Shown: one piece after another, positions 36,420 to 45,420 of the stretch
How positions within the stretch are numbered: position 1 is the first letter of the stretch
Layout: the number at the start of each line of letters is the position of its first letter
Assembly (NCBI GenBank): GCA_947629235.1
Contig: CANRCX010000005.1
Location: 1-62,938 of the forward strand
Origin: an uncultured Bacilli bacterium
Lineage (GTDB): Bacteria; Bacillota_I; Bacilli_A; RF39; UBA660
Reading direction: 5' to 3'
Length of the DNA: 62,938 bases
Position numbers and translations under genes: made by a program
Notes under the pieces: model-generated
What the model was told of the DNA's origin: nothing
The model's input: only the letters and a program-made list of their open reading frames with translations
The model's database searches: none

Positions 36420-37289
36420 ATGGAAGAAGAATATTATGATTATATGAATAATAATTCAGGTGTTGAACTATACATTAAAGAGCTTATGGAAATTCCTATG
36501 CTAACAGAAGAAGAAAAACAAGAATTACCAATTTTAATATCAAAAGGTGATATTAAAGCTAAAAAAAGATTTGTTGAAGCTAATTTAAGACTTGTTGTAT
36601 ATGAAGTAAATAATTTTATGAAAAATTATTTTATACAAATGAATTTATTTGAAGAATTAATTAGTGTAGGAAATGAAGCTTTAGTTAAAGCAGTAGAAAC
36701 ATTTGATTATAAAAAGGGAATAAAATTTTCAACATATGCGATTAAATTAATTGATAATAAAATATATAGTTATTATTTACAAAATACATATAAATTTAAA
36801 TTTTCTCACAATTTTTATCATGATCTTATGGTTATAGAAAAATATTTAGAAAATGAAAAATTAAATAATAAAAACTATGTAAATATTGATGAAATATCTA
36901 AAAATACTGGTATAAGTTATAAAACTATTTGTATAATTTTTGATATTTTAAAACCAGTAGTATATTTAGATAAACCAGCAAAGGATGAAGATGATTGTAC
37001 TGTTGGTGATTTAATTGAGGATGAAAGAGTAAATGTTGATGAAAAAGCTAAGTATTTACATGATTTTTATAAAGTAGTTATTAATAGTGATAGAATTACT
37101 AAAAGACAATTAAAAATATTATTATATAGAACTGGATTTTATAATAATAGAGTTTATTCATTAAAAGAATTATCTAAAATGTTTAATATTACTCCAAGTG
37201 GTGTAAATTCTGTTTATAAAAGTAGTATTAAAAAGTTATTATTAGACTCTAAAGTATTAAGTTATGCTCCAGATTCTTATAAGATATAA
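36420..37289 (+). CDS. sigma-70 family paralogue 1 (289 aa, divergent, lacks the shared N-terminal domain)
   Basis: Region 2 ANLRLVVYEV and KFSTYA; region 4 SLKELSKMFNITPSGVNSVYKSSIKKL. Confidence 0.7.
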   Translation: MEEEYYDYMNNNSGVELYIKELMEIPMLTEEEKQELPILISKGDIKAKKRFVEANLRLVVYEVNNFMKNYFIQMNLFEELISVGNEALVKAVETFDYKKGIKFSTYAIKLIDNKIYSYYLQNTYKFKFSHNFYHDLMVIEKYLENEKLNNKNYVNIDEISKNTGISYKTICIIFDILKPVVYLDKPAKDEDDCTVGDLIEDERVNVDEKAKYLHDFYKVVINSDRITKRQLKILLYRTGFYNNRVYSLKELSKMFNITPSGVNSVYKSSIKKLLLDSKVLSYAPDSYKI

Positions 37290-37291
37290 TA

Positions 37292-37320
37292 TTGATTTTT
37301 AAAGACTTTTATGTTACAAT
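37292..37320 (+). promoter_or_regulatory. promoter TTGATT-17-(TGt)TACAAT for paralogue 2
   Basis: Hexamers at 37292-37297 and 37315-37320. Confidence 0.5.
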
Positions 37321-37345
37321 CTATTGCGAATATTCGGAGGGATTT

Positions 37346-38653
37346 ATGGAAAAAAATAATTATATTAATGATTTGAGTGAATTTATAAACTCAAATTTTG
37401 AAAGTAGTGATGATTTAAAGATAAATGTTAAAAATATTAGGAATTTATTCAGTTATGTAAGTTATAATAATCCAAATATTGAATTTTCTGTTTTAGATGC
37501 AGAATTATTACTTATAAATTGTCCTTCACTTAGTAAAACAATTAAAACAGTTAAAAGTCATAAAGAACTAAATTCAATATTTAGTGGAAGTGAAAATGAA
37601 ATATTTAAAGATTTATATAATAATTTAATTGAAGCTATTAGTATAGCTGATAAAAAAGAAGAATATTTAAATTCATTAGAAGATGATATTTCATATAATG
37701 CTTATGAAAGAAGAAGTAAAACTGTTAGTGAAGATATTTTTAATTATTATCTTAAAGAAATATCTAAAAGACCACTACTTAGTCCCGAAGAAGAAAAAAT
37801 TTTAGCATATGAAATTAGAAATGGTAATGAAAATGCTAAAATTAGATTTATTGAATCAAATTTACGTTTAGTAGTTAGTATTGCTAAAAGATATACTAAT
37901 CGTGGACTTGATATATTAGATTTAATTGAAGAAGGTAATATAGGTTTAATGATGGCAGTTGATAGATTTGATCCAGATAAGGGATATAAATTTTCAACAT
38001 ATGCAACATATTGGATAAGACAAGCTATGACTCGTTCTATAGCAAAATATGGAAGATCAATAAGAATATCAGTAGATGCAACATATCAATTAAATAGAAT
38101 TAACCGTATTCAAAGATATTTTAAAGATGAATTACAAAGAGAAGCAACTGATGAAGAATTATCTTCAGTTTTAGGTCTATCTCGTGCTAGAATTAAAGAA
38201 TTAAAAGAATTACCTGAAGACTCAATATCTTTAAATGCACCAGTAGGAGAAGATAAAGATACTACTATTATGGATTATGTAGCCGCAGAAGGAAATTTTG
38301 AAGAAGATTTAATTAATGAAATATCTACTGGTGAATTTATGGAAATATTTAATAAAGTAAATCTATCTCCAAAAGAAAGAAAAGTTCTTTTATTAAGAGC
38401 AGGATATTTTGATGAAAAAGAAAGAACTCTAGAAGAAATAGGGGATATGTATGGTGTTACAAGAGAAAGAATTAGACAAGTTGAAGCAAAAGCACTAAAA
38501 AAAGTAAGATCAGACTATGAAGTTAAGAAATTTATTGATAATAGTAGATTATATGTACAAGATTATATAGCACAAAATAAATCTAAAAAAGCTGCCTCTT
38601 TAACAAATTATATAAATAATACAAATATGAGATTACAAAAGAAAAAGAATTAA
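37346..38653 (+). CDS. RpoD-like sigma-70 paralogue 2 with novel N-terminal domain and C-terminal tail
   Basis: [74 protein letters not shown]; GGAGGG SD before ATG 37346. Confidence 0.85.
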   Translation: MEKNNYINDLSEFINSNFESSDDLKINVKNIRNLFSYVSYNNPNIEFSVLDAELLLINCPSLSKTIKTVKSHKELNSIFSGSENEIFKDLYNNLIEAISIADKKEEYLNSLEDDISYNAYERRSKTVSEDIFNYYLKEISKRPLLSPEEEKILAYEIRNGNENAKIRFIESNLRLVVSIAKRYTNRGLDILDLIEEGNIGLMMAVDRFDPDKGYKFSTYATYWIRQAMTRSIAKYGRSIRISVDATYQLNRINRIQRYFKDELQREATDEELSSVLGLSRARIKELKELPEDSISLNAPVGEDKDTTIMDYVAAEGNFEEDLINEISTGEFMEIFNKVNLSPKERKVLLLRAGYFDEKERTLEEIGDMYGVTRERIRQVEAKALKKVRSDYEVKKFIDNSRLYVQDYIAQNKSKKAASLTNYINNTNMRLQKKKN

Positions 38654-38688
38654 ATAATAGTGATAATTTAATAAAAATATACAAAAAC

Positions 38689-38717
38689 TTGATTTTTTTG
38701 TTAAATTGTGTTATAAT
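38689..38717 (+). promoter_or_regulatory. promoter TTGATT-17-(TGt)TATAAT for paralogues 3-5
   Basis: Hexamers at 38689-38694 and 38712-38717. Confidence 0.6.
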
Positions 38718-38752
38718 TTAAGACATTATTAAAAAGGGGGTAAAGGAGAATT

Positions 38753-40147
38753 ATGAGTGAATTTGATGATATGGATCAATTTGGTTATAATGAGAATGAT
38801 CTTGATAATATGGATATTATTGCAATTGATGAAATAATTAATTTTATAAAAACTAATTTTGTTTCAAGTCCAAATATTTCAGTTAATATAAATAATATTA
38901 AAAAATTAATAAAATTTTTAAATGAAAAAAACTTTTCAAATTTAACAGCAGTAGAAGCTCAAACTCTATTAAAAGAATGCCCAAAATTAAAAGATACAAT
39001 TGTTAAAATAAGAAAAGAAAAAGATCTTGATAATATGTTTAGAAAAAGTGAAAATGAAGAATTTAAAACACTTTATATTAATATGTGTAATTTTTTAGAT
39101 AACAAAGTATCAATTAAGGGATATGAAGACATTGATTATGAATCAGATGAAAATGAAGAAAAATCAAATAGAACTTATTATGAAACATTTACTGATGATA
39201 TAGTTAAACAATATTTAAATGAAATAGCTAGAATTCCTTTACTTACACCAGAAGAAGAAAAGGATTTAGCTATAAAAATCTCAAATGGTGATGAAGAAGC
39301 TAGAAAAAAATTCTATGATGCTAATTTACGTTTACCAGTTAGTATTGCTAAAAAATATATTGGAAAAGGAGTTGCATTTTTAGATTTAATACAAGAAGGA
39401 AATATGGGACTTGAAAAAGCAGTTGATAAATTTGATATAAATAAAGGATATAAATTTTCAACATATGCAACTTGGTGGATAAGACAAGCAATAACAAGAG
39501 CTATAGCTGATCAAGGAAGAACTATTAGAATACCTGTTCATGCTTATGAGTCAATTAATAAGATGAAAAGATTTCAAAGAAGTTATTATGAAGAAAATCA
39601 AGTAGAAGCATCTGATAAAGAAATAGCTAAACATATGGGTGTATCAGAAGAAACTATAAAAGAATGGAAAAAATCAGCTCAAGAATTAGTTTCATTAGAT
39701 TCTCCAGTTGGAGATGAAGAAGATAGCACTATAATGGATTTTTATGTTAGTGATGATAATTTAGAAGATGATATAGTAAAACAATTATCAAATGAAGAAT
39801 TTATGAAAGTATTTTTCTCAGTAAAACTAGCTCCAAGAGAAAGAGAAGTTCTATTATTAAGAAATGGTTACTATGATAATAGAGTTTATACTTTAGAAGA
39901 AATTGGTGCTAAATATAAAATTACTAGAGAAAGAGTAAGACAAATAGAAGCAAAAGCACTTAGAAAATTAAGACAAAATAAAGATATTAGAAGATTTTCT
40001 TCAAATCCAGGATATTATGCACAAGATTATAGAAGCGATAGTGTATATAAAAAGATTAGATTTGATGAAGAAGATTATCAAAGAGGAAATGAAATAGATA
40101 AAGAATTAGTAAGGAAATACTATAAATACAACAAGAGGAAATATTAA
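38753..40147 (+). CDS. RpoD-like sigma-70 paralogue 3, closest to the housekeeping SigA consensus
   Basis: [31 protein letters not shown] and [28 protein letters not shown], but [12 protein letters not shown]. Carries the shared N-terminal domain. Confidence 0.85.
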   Translation: MSEFDDMDQFGYNENDLDNMDIIAIDEIINFIKTNFVSSPNISVNINNIKKLIKFLNEKNFSNLTAVEAQTLLKECPKLKDTIVKIRKEKDLDNMFRKSENEEFKTLYINMCNFLDNKVSIKGYEDIDYESDENEEKSNRTYYETFTDDIVKQYLNEIARIPLLTPEEEKDLAIKISNGDEEARKKFYDANLRLPVSIAKKYIGKGVAFLDLIQEGNMGLEKAVDKFDINKGYKFSTYATWWIRQAITRAIADQGRTIRIPVHAYESINKMKRFQRSYYEENQVEASDKEIAKHMGVSEETIKEWKKSAQELVSLDSPVGDEEDSTIMDFYVSDDNLEDDIVKQLSNEEFMKVFFSVKLAPREREVLLLRNGYYDNRVYTLEEIGAKYKITRERVRQIEAKALRKLRQNKDIRRFSSNPGYYAQDYRSDSVYKKIRFDEEDYQRGNEIDKELVRKYYKYNKRKY

Positions 40148-40161
40148 AAGGGGTTTTTAAA

Positions 40162-41316
40162 ATGGAAAATATAGAAGAACTAGAAAATAATTTCCTTTTT
40201 GTTAATAATAGTGTATTAGAATATATAAAGAAAAATTTTAAAGATGATAATAAACTATCTTCATATGTTAACAATATTAAAGGATTATTTAATTTTATTA
40301 GAGTAAATAATTTAGATGATTTAATAGTAGATATAGATTATTTAGTAGAAAAATCATCTGTTTTAAAAAAGACTATTGATAATATTAATAATAATAAAGA
40401 ATTAAAAAATGTATTTGTTAATAATGAAGAAGAGAGTATTTCTTCTTTCTTTAAAAGATTTTTATCTTATAGTGAAAAAGAACTTGATGATATTAGTACA
40501 ACTTCTAATGATATAGTTCATGACTATTTAAAACAAATTAAATTTCCATTATTAAGTGATGAAGAATTAAGAGAACTTTATAAAAAGAAAAATGCAGGGG
40601 ATGAAAAAGCAAGAGAAAAGATAATAGAAAGTAATTTGCGTTTAGTAGTTAGTGTTGCAAAAAGATATATGGATAGAGGATTTTCATTTATGGATATAAT
40701 TGGATATGGAAATATTGGATTAATTATTGCTGTTGATAGATTTGATATAAATAAAGGATTTAAATTCTCAACATATGCAACATATTGGATTAAACAATCA
40801 ATAATGCGTTCTATAGAAAATTATTCAAGAATAGTAAGACTTCCATCATATTTACATAATGATGTACAAAACTTTAAATATGTATCAAATAGTTTCTATT
40901 ATAAAAATGGAAGATATCCAACTGAAGAAGAACTTAGTAAATTAATGAATAAAAGTCTTAATGAAATAAATAGAATATTAAAAGTAAAACAAGGAATACT
41001 TTATTTAGATGAACCAGTAGGTGAAGATAAAGATGCAACATTTGGAGATTATATTCCAGATGATATTGATTTAGAAGATGAAAACATATCTAAAGAATAT
41101 TATAGTGAGTTTATGGAAGACTTTAATAAGTCAAACTTAAGAGAAAAAGAAAAACAAGTATTATTATTACGAGTAGGATATTATGATGATAAATCAAAAA
41201 CACTAGAAGAAATAGGGGATATGTATGGTGTTACTAGAGAAAGAATAAGACAAATACAAGCTGAAAGTTTAAGAAAATTAAGACATAATAAAACTATTCA
41301 AAAATATAATAATTAA
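40162..41316 (+). CDS. RpoD-like sigma-70 paralogue 4
   Basis: SNLRLVVSVAKRY, FKFSTYATYWIKQSIMR, TLEEIGDMYGVTRERIRQIQAESLRKLR; 14-nt gap to paralogue 3. Confidence 0.85.
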   Translation: MENIEELENNFLFVNNSVLEYIKKNFKDDNKLSSYVNNIKGLFNFIRVNNLDDLIVDIDYLVEKSSVLKKTIDNINNNKELKNVFVNNEEESISSFFKRFLSYSEKELDDISTTSNDIVHDYLKQIKFPLLSDEELRELYKKKNAGDEKAREKIIESNLRLVVSVAKRYMDRGFSFMDIIGYGNIGLIIAVDRFDINKGFKFSTYATYWIKQSIMRSIENYSRIVRLPSYLHNDVQNFKYVSNSFYYKNGRYPTEEELSKLMNKSLNEINRILKVKQGILYLDEPVGEDKDATFGDYIPDDIDLEDENISKEYYSEFMEDFNKSNLREKEKQVLLLRVGYYDDKSKTLEEIGDMYGVTRERIRQIQAESLRKLRHNKTIQKYNN

Positions 41317-41333
41317 TTATATGAGGTAATAAT

Positions 41334-42539
41334 ATGACATCTAATAAACATATTAACATAATAGAAAATAAAGACTTAGAAAAAATAAGATTATTTATAG
41401 AAGATAATTTTATAGATAGTAAAGATATATCAATAAATATTGTTAATTTAAAGAAACTAATTACTTTTTTAAATAAAAATAATATAAAACTAAATTATTA
41501 TGATTTAAGAAGTTTATTAGAATATTCTTATAAATTAGAAAATACAATAAAAGTAATTAAACAAAGAAAAATAATTAGCAATATTTTTGAAAATATGGAT
41601 AGTGAAGTAAAAAGAATATATAAATATTCAATAAATATTATAGATAAAAATAATTCCAAATCAGATAAAAAAAGTAATAAAATTTATAAAGAGTTTAACG
41701 AATATCAAAGAAACACACGTCATAAAGAAAGATTAACTTATGAAAAACAAAATGAATTATTATTAAGAATTAGTAATGGTGACAAAGAAGCAAAAAATGA
41801 ATTGATAATGTCATATCTTCCTTTAGCTTTAGGTATTGCTGGAAAATATAAATATGCTTGGAATTACGAAGATTTAGTACAAATAGGCACTATTGGATTG
41901 ATTGATGCTATAGAAAATTATGATCCTAAAAAGGGTAAAAATTTCTCACGTTATATAAGTGCATATATTGAAGGTACTATATGTAATAATTTATATAGTG
42001 ATATTAGATTAAGTCCAATAGTATATATAAAAATGAAATTAATGATAAAAATAATGTTAGAAAATTATTTCAAATATGATAAAGTTTTAAGTGAAGAAGA
42101 ACTATCAAAAATTAGTAATTTAAAAATTGAAACAATAGAAAAATATAAAAAAATATTTAAATTACTTGAAAAAGATTCTTCATTTAATAGATTGAATCTT
42201 AATGATGAACTAGTTGATTATATAGAAGAAGATAAATTAATAGATCAAGAATATTATAATGAATTAAATAAATTATTTGATAGTGTTTCTCTTACTTCAA
42301 AAGAACAAAAAGTAATTAAATTAATATATTTTGAAAATATAGAAAATGAAGCTGAAGTAGCTAGAATACTTGGAATAACTAGAGAAAGAGTAAGACAATT
42401 AAAATTAAAAGCATTAAGAAAACTTAGATATGATTTAGAAATTAGAAAATATACAGGACTTAATAATAGATTTATTGAAGATTATAATCAATCAAATAAG
42501 TTTAAAAAAGCTAGAACAAAGTTAACTTATAATAAATAA
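41334..42539 (+). CDS. sigma-70 paralogue 5 (divergent region 2, conserved region 4.2, shared N-terminal domain)
   Basis: IGTIGLIDAIENYDPKKGKNFSRYISAYI and [26 protein letters not shown]. Confidence 0.75.
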   Translation: MTSNKHINIIENKDLEKIRLFIEDNFIDSKDISINIVNLKKLITFLNKNNIKLNYYDLRSLLEYSYKLENTIKVIKQRKIISNIFENMDSEVKRIYKYSINIIDKNNSKSDKKSNKIYKEFNEYQRNTRHKERLTYEKQNELLLRISNGDKEAKNELIMSYLPLALGIAGKYKYAWNYEDLVQIGTIGLIDAIENYDPKKGKNFSRYISAYIEGTICNNLYSDIRLSPIVYIKMKLMIKIMLENYFKYDKVLSEEELSKISNLKIETIEKYKKIFKLLEKDSSFNRLNLNDELVDYIEEDKLIDQEYYNELNKLFDSVSLTSKEQKVIKLIYFENIENEAEVARILGITRERVRQLKLKALRKLRYDLEIRKYTGLNNRFIEDYNQSNKFKKARTKLTYNK

Positions 42540-42550
42540 GTTAGCTTTTT
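42519..42550 (+). terminator. intrinsic terminator ending the sigma array
   Basis: 11-bp stem aagttaactta/taagttagctt (one G-U) plus T-run, overlapping the stop codon. Confidence 0.6.
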
Positions 42551-42602
42551 ATTTTGTTTACTTTAAATGATTAATTTGATAAAATTATACTGAGGTAATA
42601 AT

Positions 42603-43682
42603 ATGAGAAGTGTATATATACATATTCCTTTTTGTAAAAGTATATGTTCTTATTGTGATTTTTGTAAATTCATATATACAGATAAATATGCAAGTTTATA
42701 TTTAGAAATGCTAGAAAAAGAAATAAAAGAATATTATGAAAATGATAAAGTAAGAACAATATATATTGGTGGTGGTACTCCATCTAGTTTAAGTATTAAT
42801 AATTTAATTAAATTATTTAAAATAATTCAAATATTTGATACTTCTTCTTTAGAAGAATTTACATTTGAATGTAATATAAATGATATTAATGAAGAATTAT
42901 TAATATTACTTAAAAATAATAAAGTAAATAGAATTAGTATTGGAGTAGAAAGTTTTAATCCTAAAAATTTAGAATTTTTAAGTAGAGTACATAATAAAGA
43001 AGATATATTTAAGAAGATTAAACTTACTAAAAAATATTTTGATAATATTAATGTTGATTTAATCTATGCACTTCCAACAGAGAATATGAATGTATTAAAA
43101 AGTGATATAAAAAATATATTAAAACTTGGTATTAATCATATTAGTACATACTCATTAATAATAGAAGAACATACTATGATTTATAATGATAAAGTAAAAC
43201 CAATAGATGAAGATTTGGATGCTAAAATGTATAAATATATATGTAAGAAACTTAAGAAAAATGGTTTTATTCATTATGAAGTTAGTAATTTTGCTAAAAA
43301 AGGATATGAAAGTAAACACAATTTAACATATTGGGATAATCTTGAATATTATGGTTTTGGACTAGGTGCTCATGGTTATACTAATAGTATGAGATATGAA
43401 AATACAAGAAATTTCAATAAATATTTAAAAGGTGAATTTAGATTTAATGAATTACTTGTATCAAATAGAGAAGAAATAGAAAATGAATTAATACTTGGTC
43501 TTAGAAAATTAAATGGTGTTAATATTGAAAACTTTAAAAAGAAATTTCATAAAGATATATTTAAAGAATTTAAACTAGATACCGCTATTAAAAAAGGTTA
43601 TTTAATAAATAAAGATGGACAAATATATATAAAAGAAGATAAAATATATATAATGAATGAAATAATAAATATGATTATGTAA
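42603..43682 (+). CDS. hemW: radical-SAM HemW/HemN-like protein
   Basis: HIPFCKSICSYCDFC (CxxxCxxC) and GGGTPS. Confidence 0.8.
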   Translation: MRSVYIHIPFCKSICSYCDFCKFIYTDKYASLYLEMLEKEIKEYYENDKVRTIYIGGGTPSSLSINNLIKLFKIIQIFDTSSLEEFTFECNINDINEELLILLKNNKVNRISIGVESFNPKNLEFLSRVHNKEDIFKKIKLTKKYFDNINVDLIYALPTENMNVLKSDIKNILKLGINHISTYSLIIEEHTMIYNDKVKPIDEDLDAKMYKYICKKLKKNGFIHYEVSNFAKKGYESKHNLTYWDNLEYYGFGLGAHGYTNSMRYENTRNFNKYLKGEFRFNELLVSNREEIENELILGLRKLNGVNIENFKKKFHKDIFKEFKLDTAIKKGYLINKDGQIYIKEDKIYIMNEIINMIM

Positions 43683-43707
43683 ATAAATAGAATAAGAAGG
43701 GAAAAAC

Positions 43708-45420
43708 ATGAAGATATTTAAACTAACTAAAGGTATTAAAAAATATTTAATTGCAATGATAATATTTTCTATATTGCAAGTTTTTTGTGAACTTTATTTA
43801 CCTAATATTATGAGTGATATTGTAGATATTGGTATTGCAAATAGTAATACTTCTTTTATCATAAAAGAAGTTATTTATATGTTTATTATTACAATAATTG
43901 GTTTAGCATCAAATATATTATTGGTGCATGCTACAAGTAAATTTTCTAATTTATATGGCTATAATATAAGAGATGGTTTATATAAAAAAATAAATAGTTT
44001 TAGTAAAAAAGAAATAGATAAATTTGGAGCATCAACTCTAATTACAAGAAGTACAAATAATGTAAGTAATATTACATCAACATTTTCATTTGGTTTAAGA
44101 CTTATAGTTTTTGCTCCAATAATGGGAATAGGAGCTGCAATAATGGGATATACTCAAGCTTCATCCTTAGCTCCAATAGTTTTAATTGCTGTACTTATAT
44201 TAATGCTTGGACTTATACTTATATTTAGTTTAGTATTTCCTAAATTTGAAGTGTTACAACATTTATTAGATAAATTAAATGCATCCACTAGAGAAATACT
44301 ATCAGGTTTAAGAGTAATAAAAGCATTTAATAAACAAGATTATTTTAAGAAAAGATTTAATAAAGTAAATGCAGAAAATAGAGATTTAAATATATTCTTA
44401 AATAAAATACTTTATTTAGTTCAACCTATGATGATATTAATAATTAATATGTCTACTATTATAATTGTATATGTTTCAACTTTATATATAGAAAAAGGTA
44501 CATTAGAAATAGGTTCAATGATAGCATTTATTCAATATATGGGTATAATTTTAACTAGTTTCTTAATTATACTTGTAATTATATTAAATATACCAAGAGT
44601 AATTGTATCATTTAAAAGAATAAATGAAATATTAAATACAGAGACAACTATTAAAAATCAAGGTACTATTAAACTTCATAGTTTAGAAAGTATTGAATTT
44701 AAAAATGTATATTTTAGATATGAAAATGCTAAAAAAGATATGCTTAAAAATTTGAATTTTAAAATAGTAAAAGGAGAAAATGTTGGAATAATAGGATCTT
44801 CTGGAAGTGGCAAAACTACAATAGCTAATTTACTTTTAAGACATATTGATGTAACAAGTGGTGAAATATTAATTAATGGTATTGATATTAAAGATTATGA
44901 TATAGAGTCACTTAGAGATATATTTGCATATACACCACAAAAAGTATTATTATTTAAAGGATCTATTCGTGAAAATTTATTATTTGATTCTAAATATAAT
45001 GTAGATAAATTAAATGCAGCTATGGAAACTGCTGAAATAAAAGATTTTATTGATAATAATAAAGAAGGATATGATTATATAGTAGAACAATCTGCTGTTA
45101 ATTTAAGTGGTGGTCAAAAACAAAGAATGTCAATTGCAAGAGCACTTTTAAGTGGTGGAGAGTGTTTACTTTTTGATGATTCATTCTCTGCAGTTGATTA
45201 TATAACTGATAAAAGAATAAGAGATGCAATAAATAGAAATTATAAAGATAAAATGGTTATATTAATTACTCAAAGGGTCGGAACAATTAAAAATAGTGAT
45301 AAGATTATTGTAATAGATGAAGGAAAAATAGAATCAATAGGTAAATATGAAGAACTTTCTAAAACTAGTAAAGTATTTAAAGAATTTATTGATTCACAAG
45401 AAATGGAGGTAGAATTATGA
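43708..45420 (+). CDS. ABC exporter half-transporter (TMD-NBD) with degenerate catalytic site
   Basis: GSSGSGKTT and LSGGQKQRMSIARAL; Walker B LLFDDS has Asp in place of the catalytic Glu. Confidence 0.85.
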   Translation: MKIFKLTKGIKKYLIAMIIFSILQVFCELYLPNIMSDIVDIGIANSNTSFIIKEVIYMFIITIIGLASNILLVHATSKFSNLYGYNIRDGLYKKINSFSKKEIDKFGASTLITRSTNNVSNITSTFSFGLRLIVFAPIMGIGAAIMGYTQASSLAPIVLIAVLILMLGLILIFSLVFPKFEVLQHLLDKLNASTREILSGLRVIKAFNKQDYFKKRFNKVNAENRDLNIFLNKILYLVQPMMILIINMSTIIIVYVSTLYIEKGTLEIGSMIAFIQYMGIILTSFLIILVIILNIPRVIVSFKRINEILNTETTIKNQGTIKLHSLESIEFKNVYFRYENAKKDMLKNLNFKIVKGENVGIIGSSGSGKTTIANLLLRHIDVTSGEILINGIDIKDYDIESLRDIFAYTPQKVLLFKGSIRENLLFDSKYNVDKLNAAMETAEIKDFIDNNKEGYDYIVEQSAVNLSGGQKQRMSIARALLSGGECLLFDDSFSAVDYITDKRIRDAINRNYKDKMVILITQRVGTIKNSDKIIVIDEGKIESIGKYEELSKTSKVFKEFIDSQEMEVEL

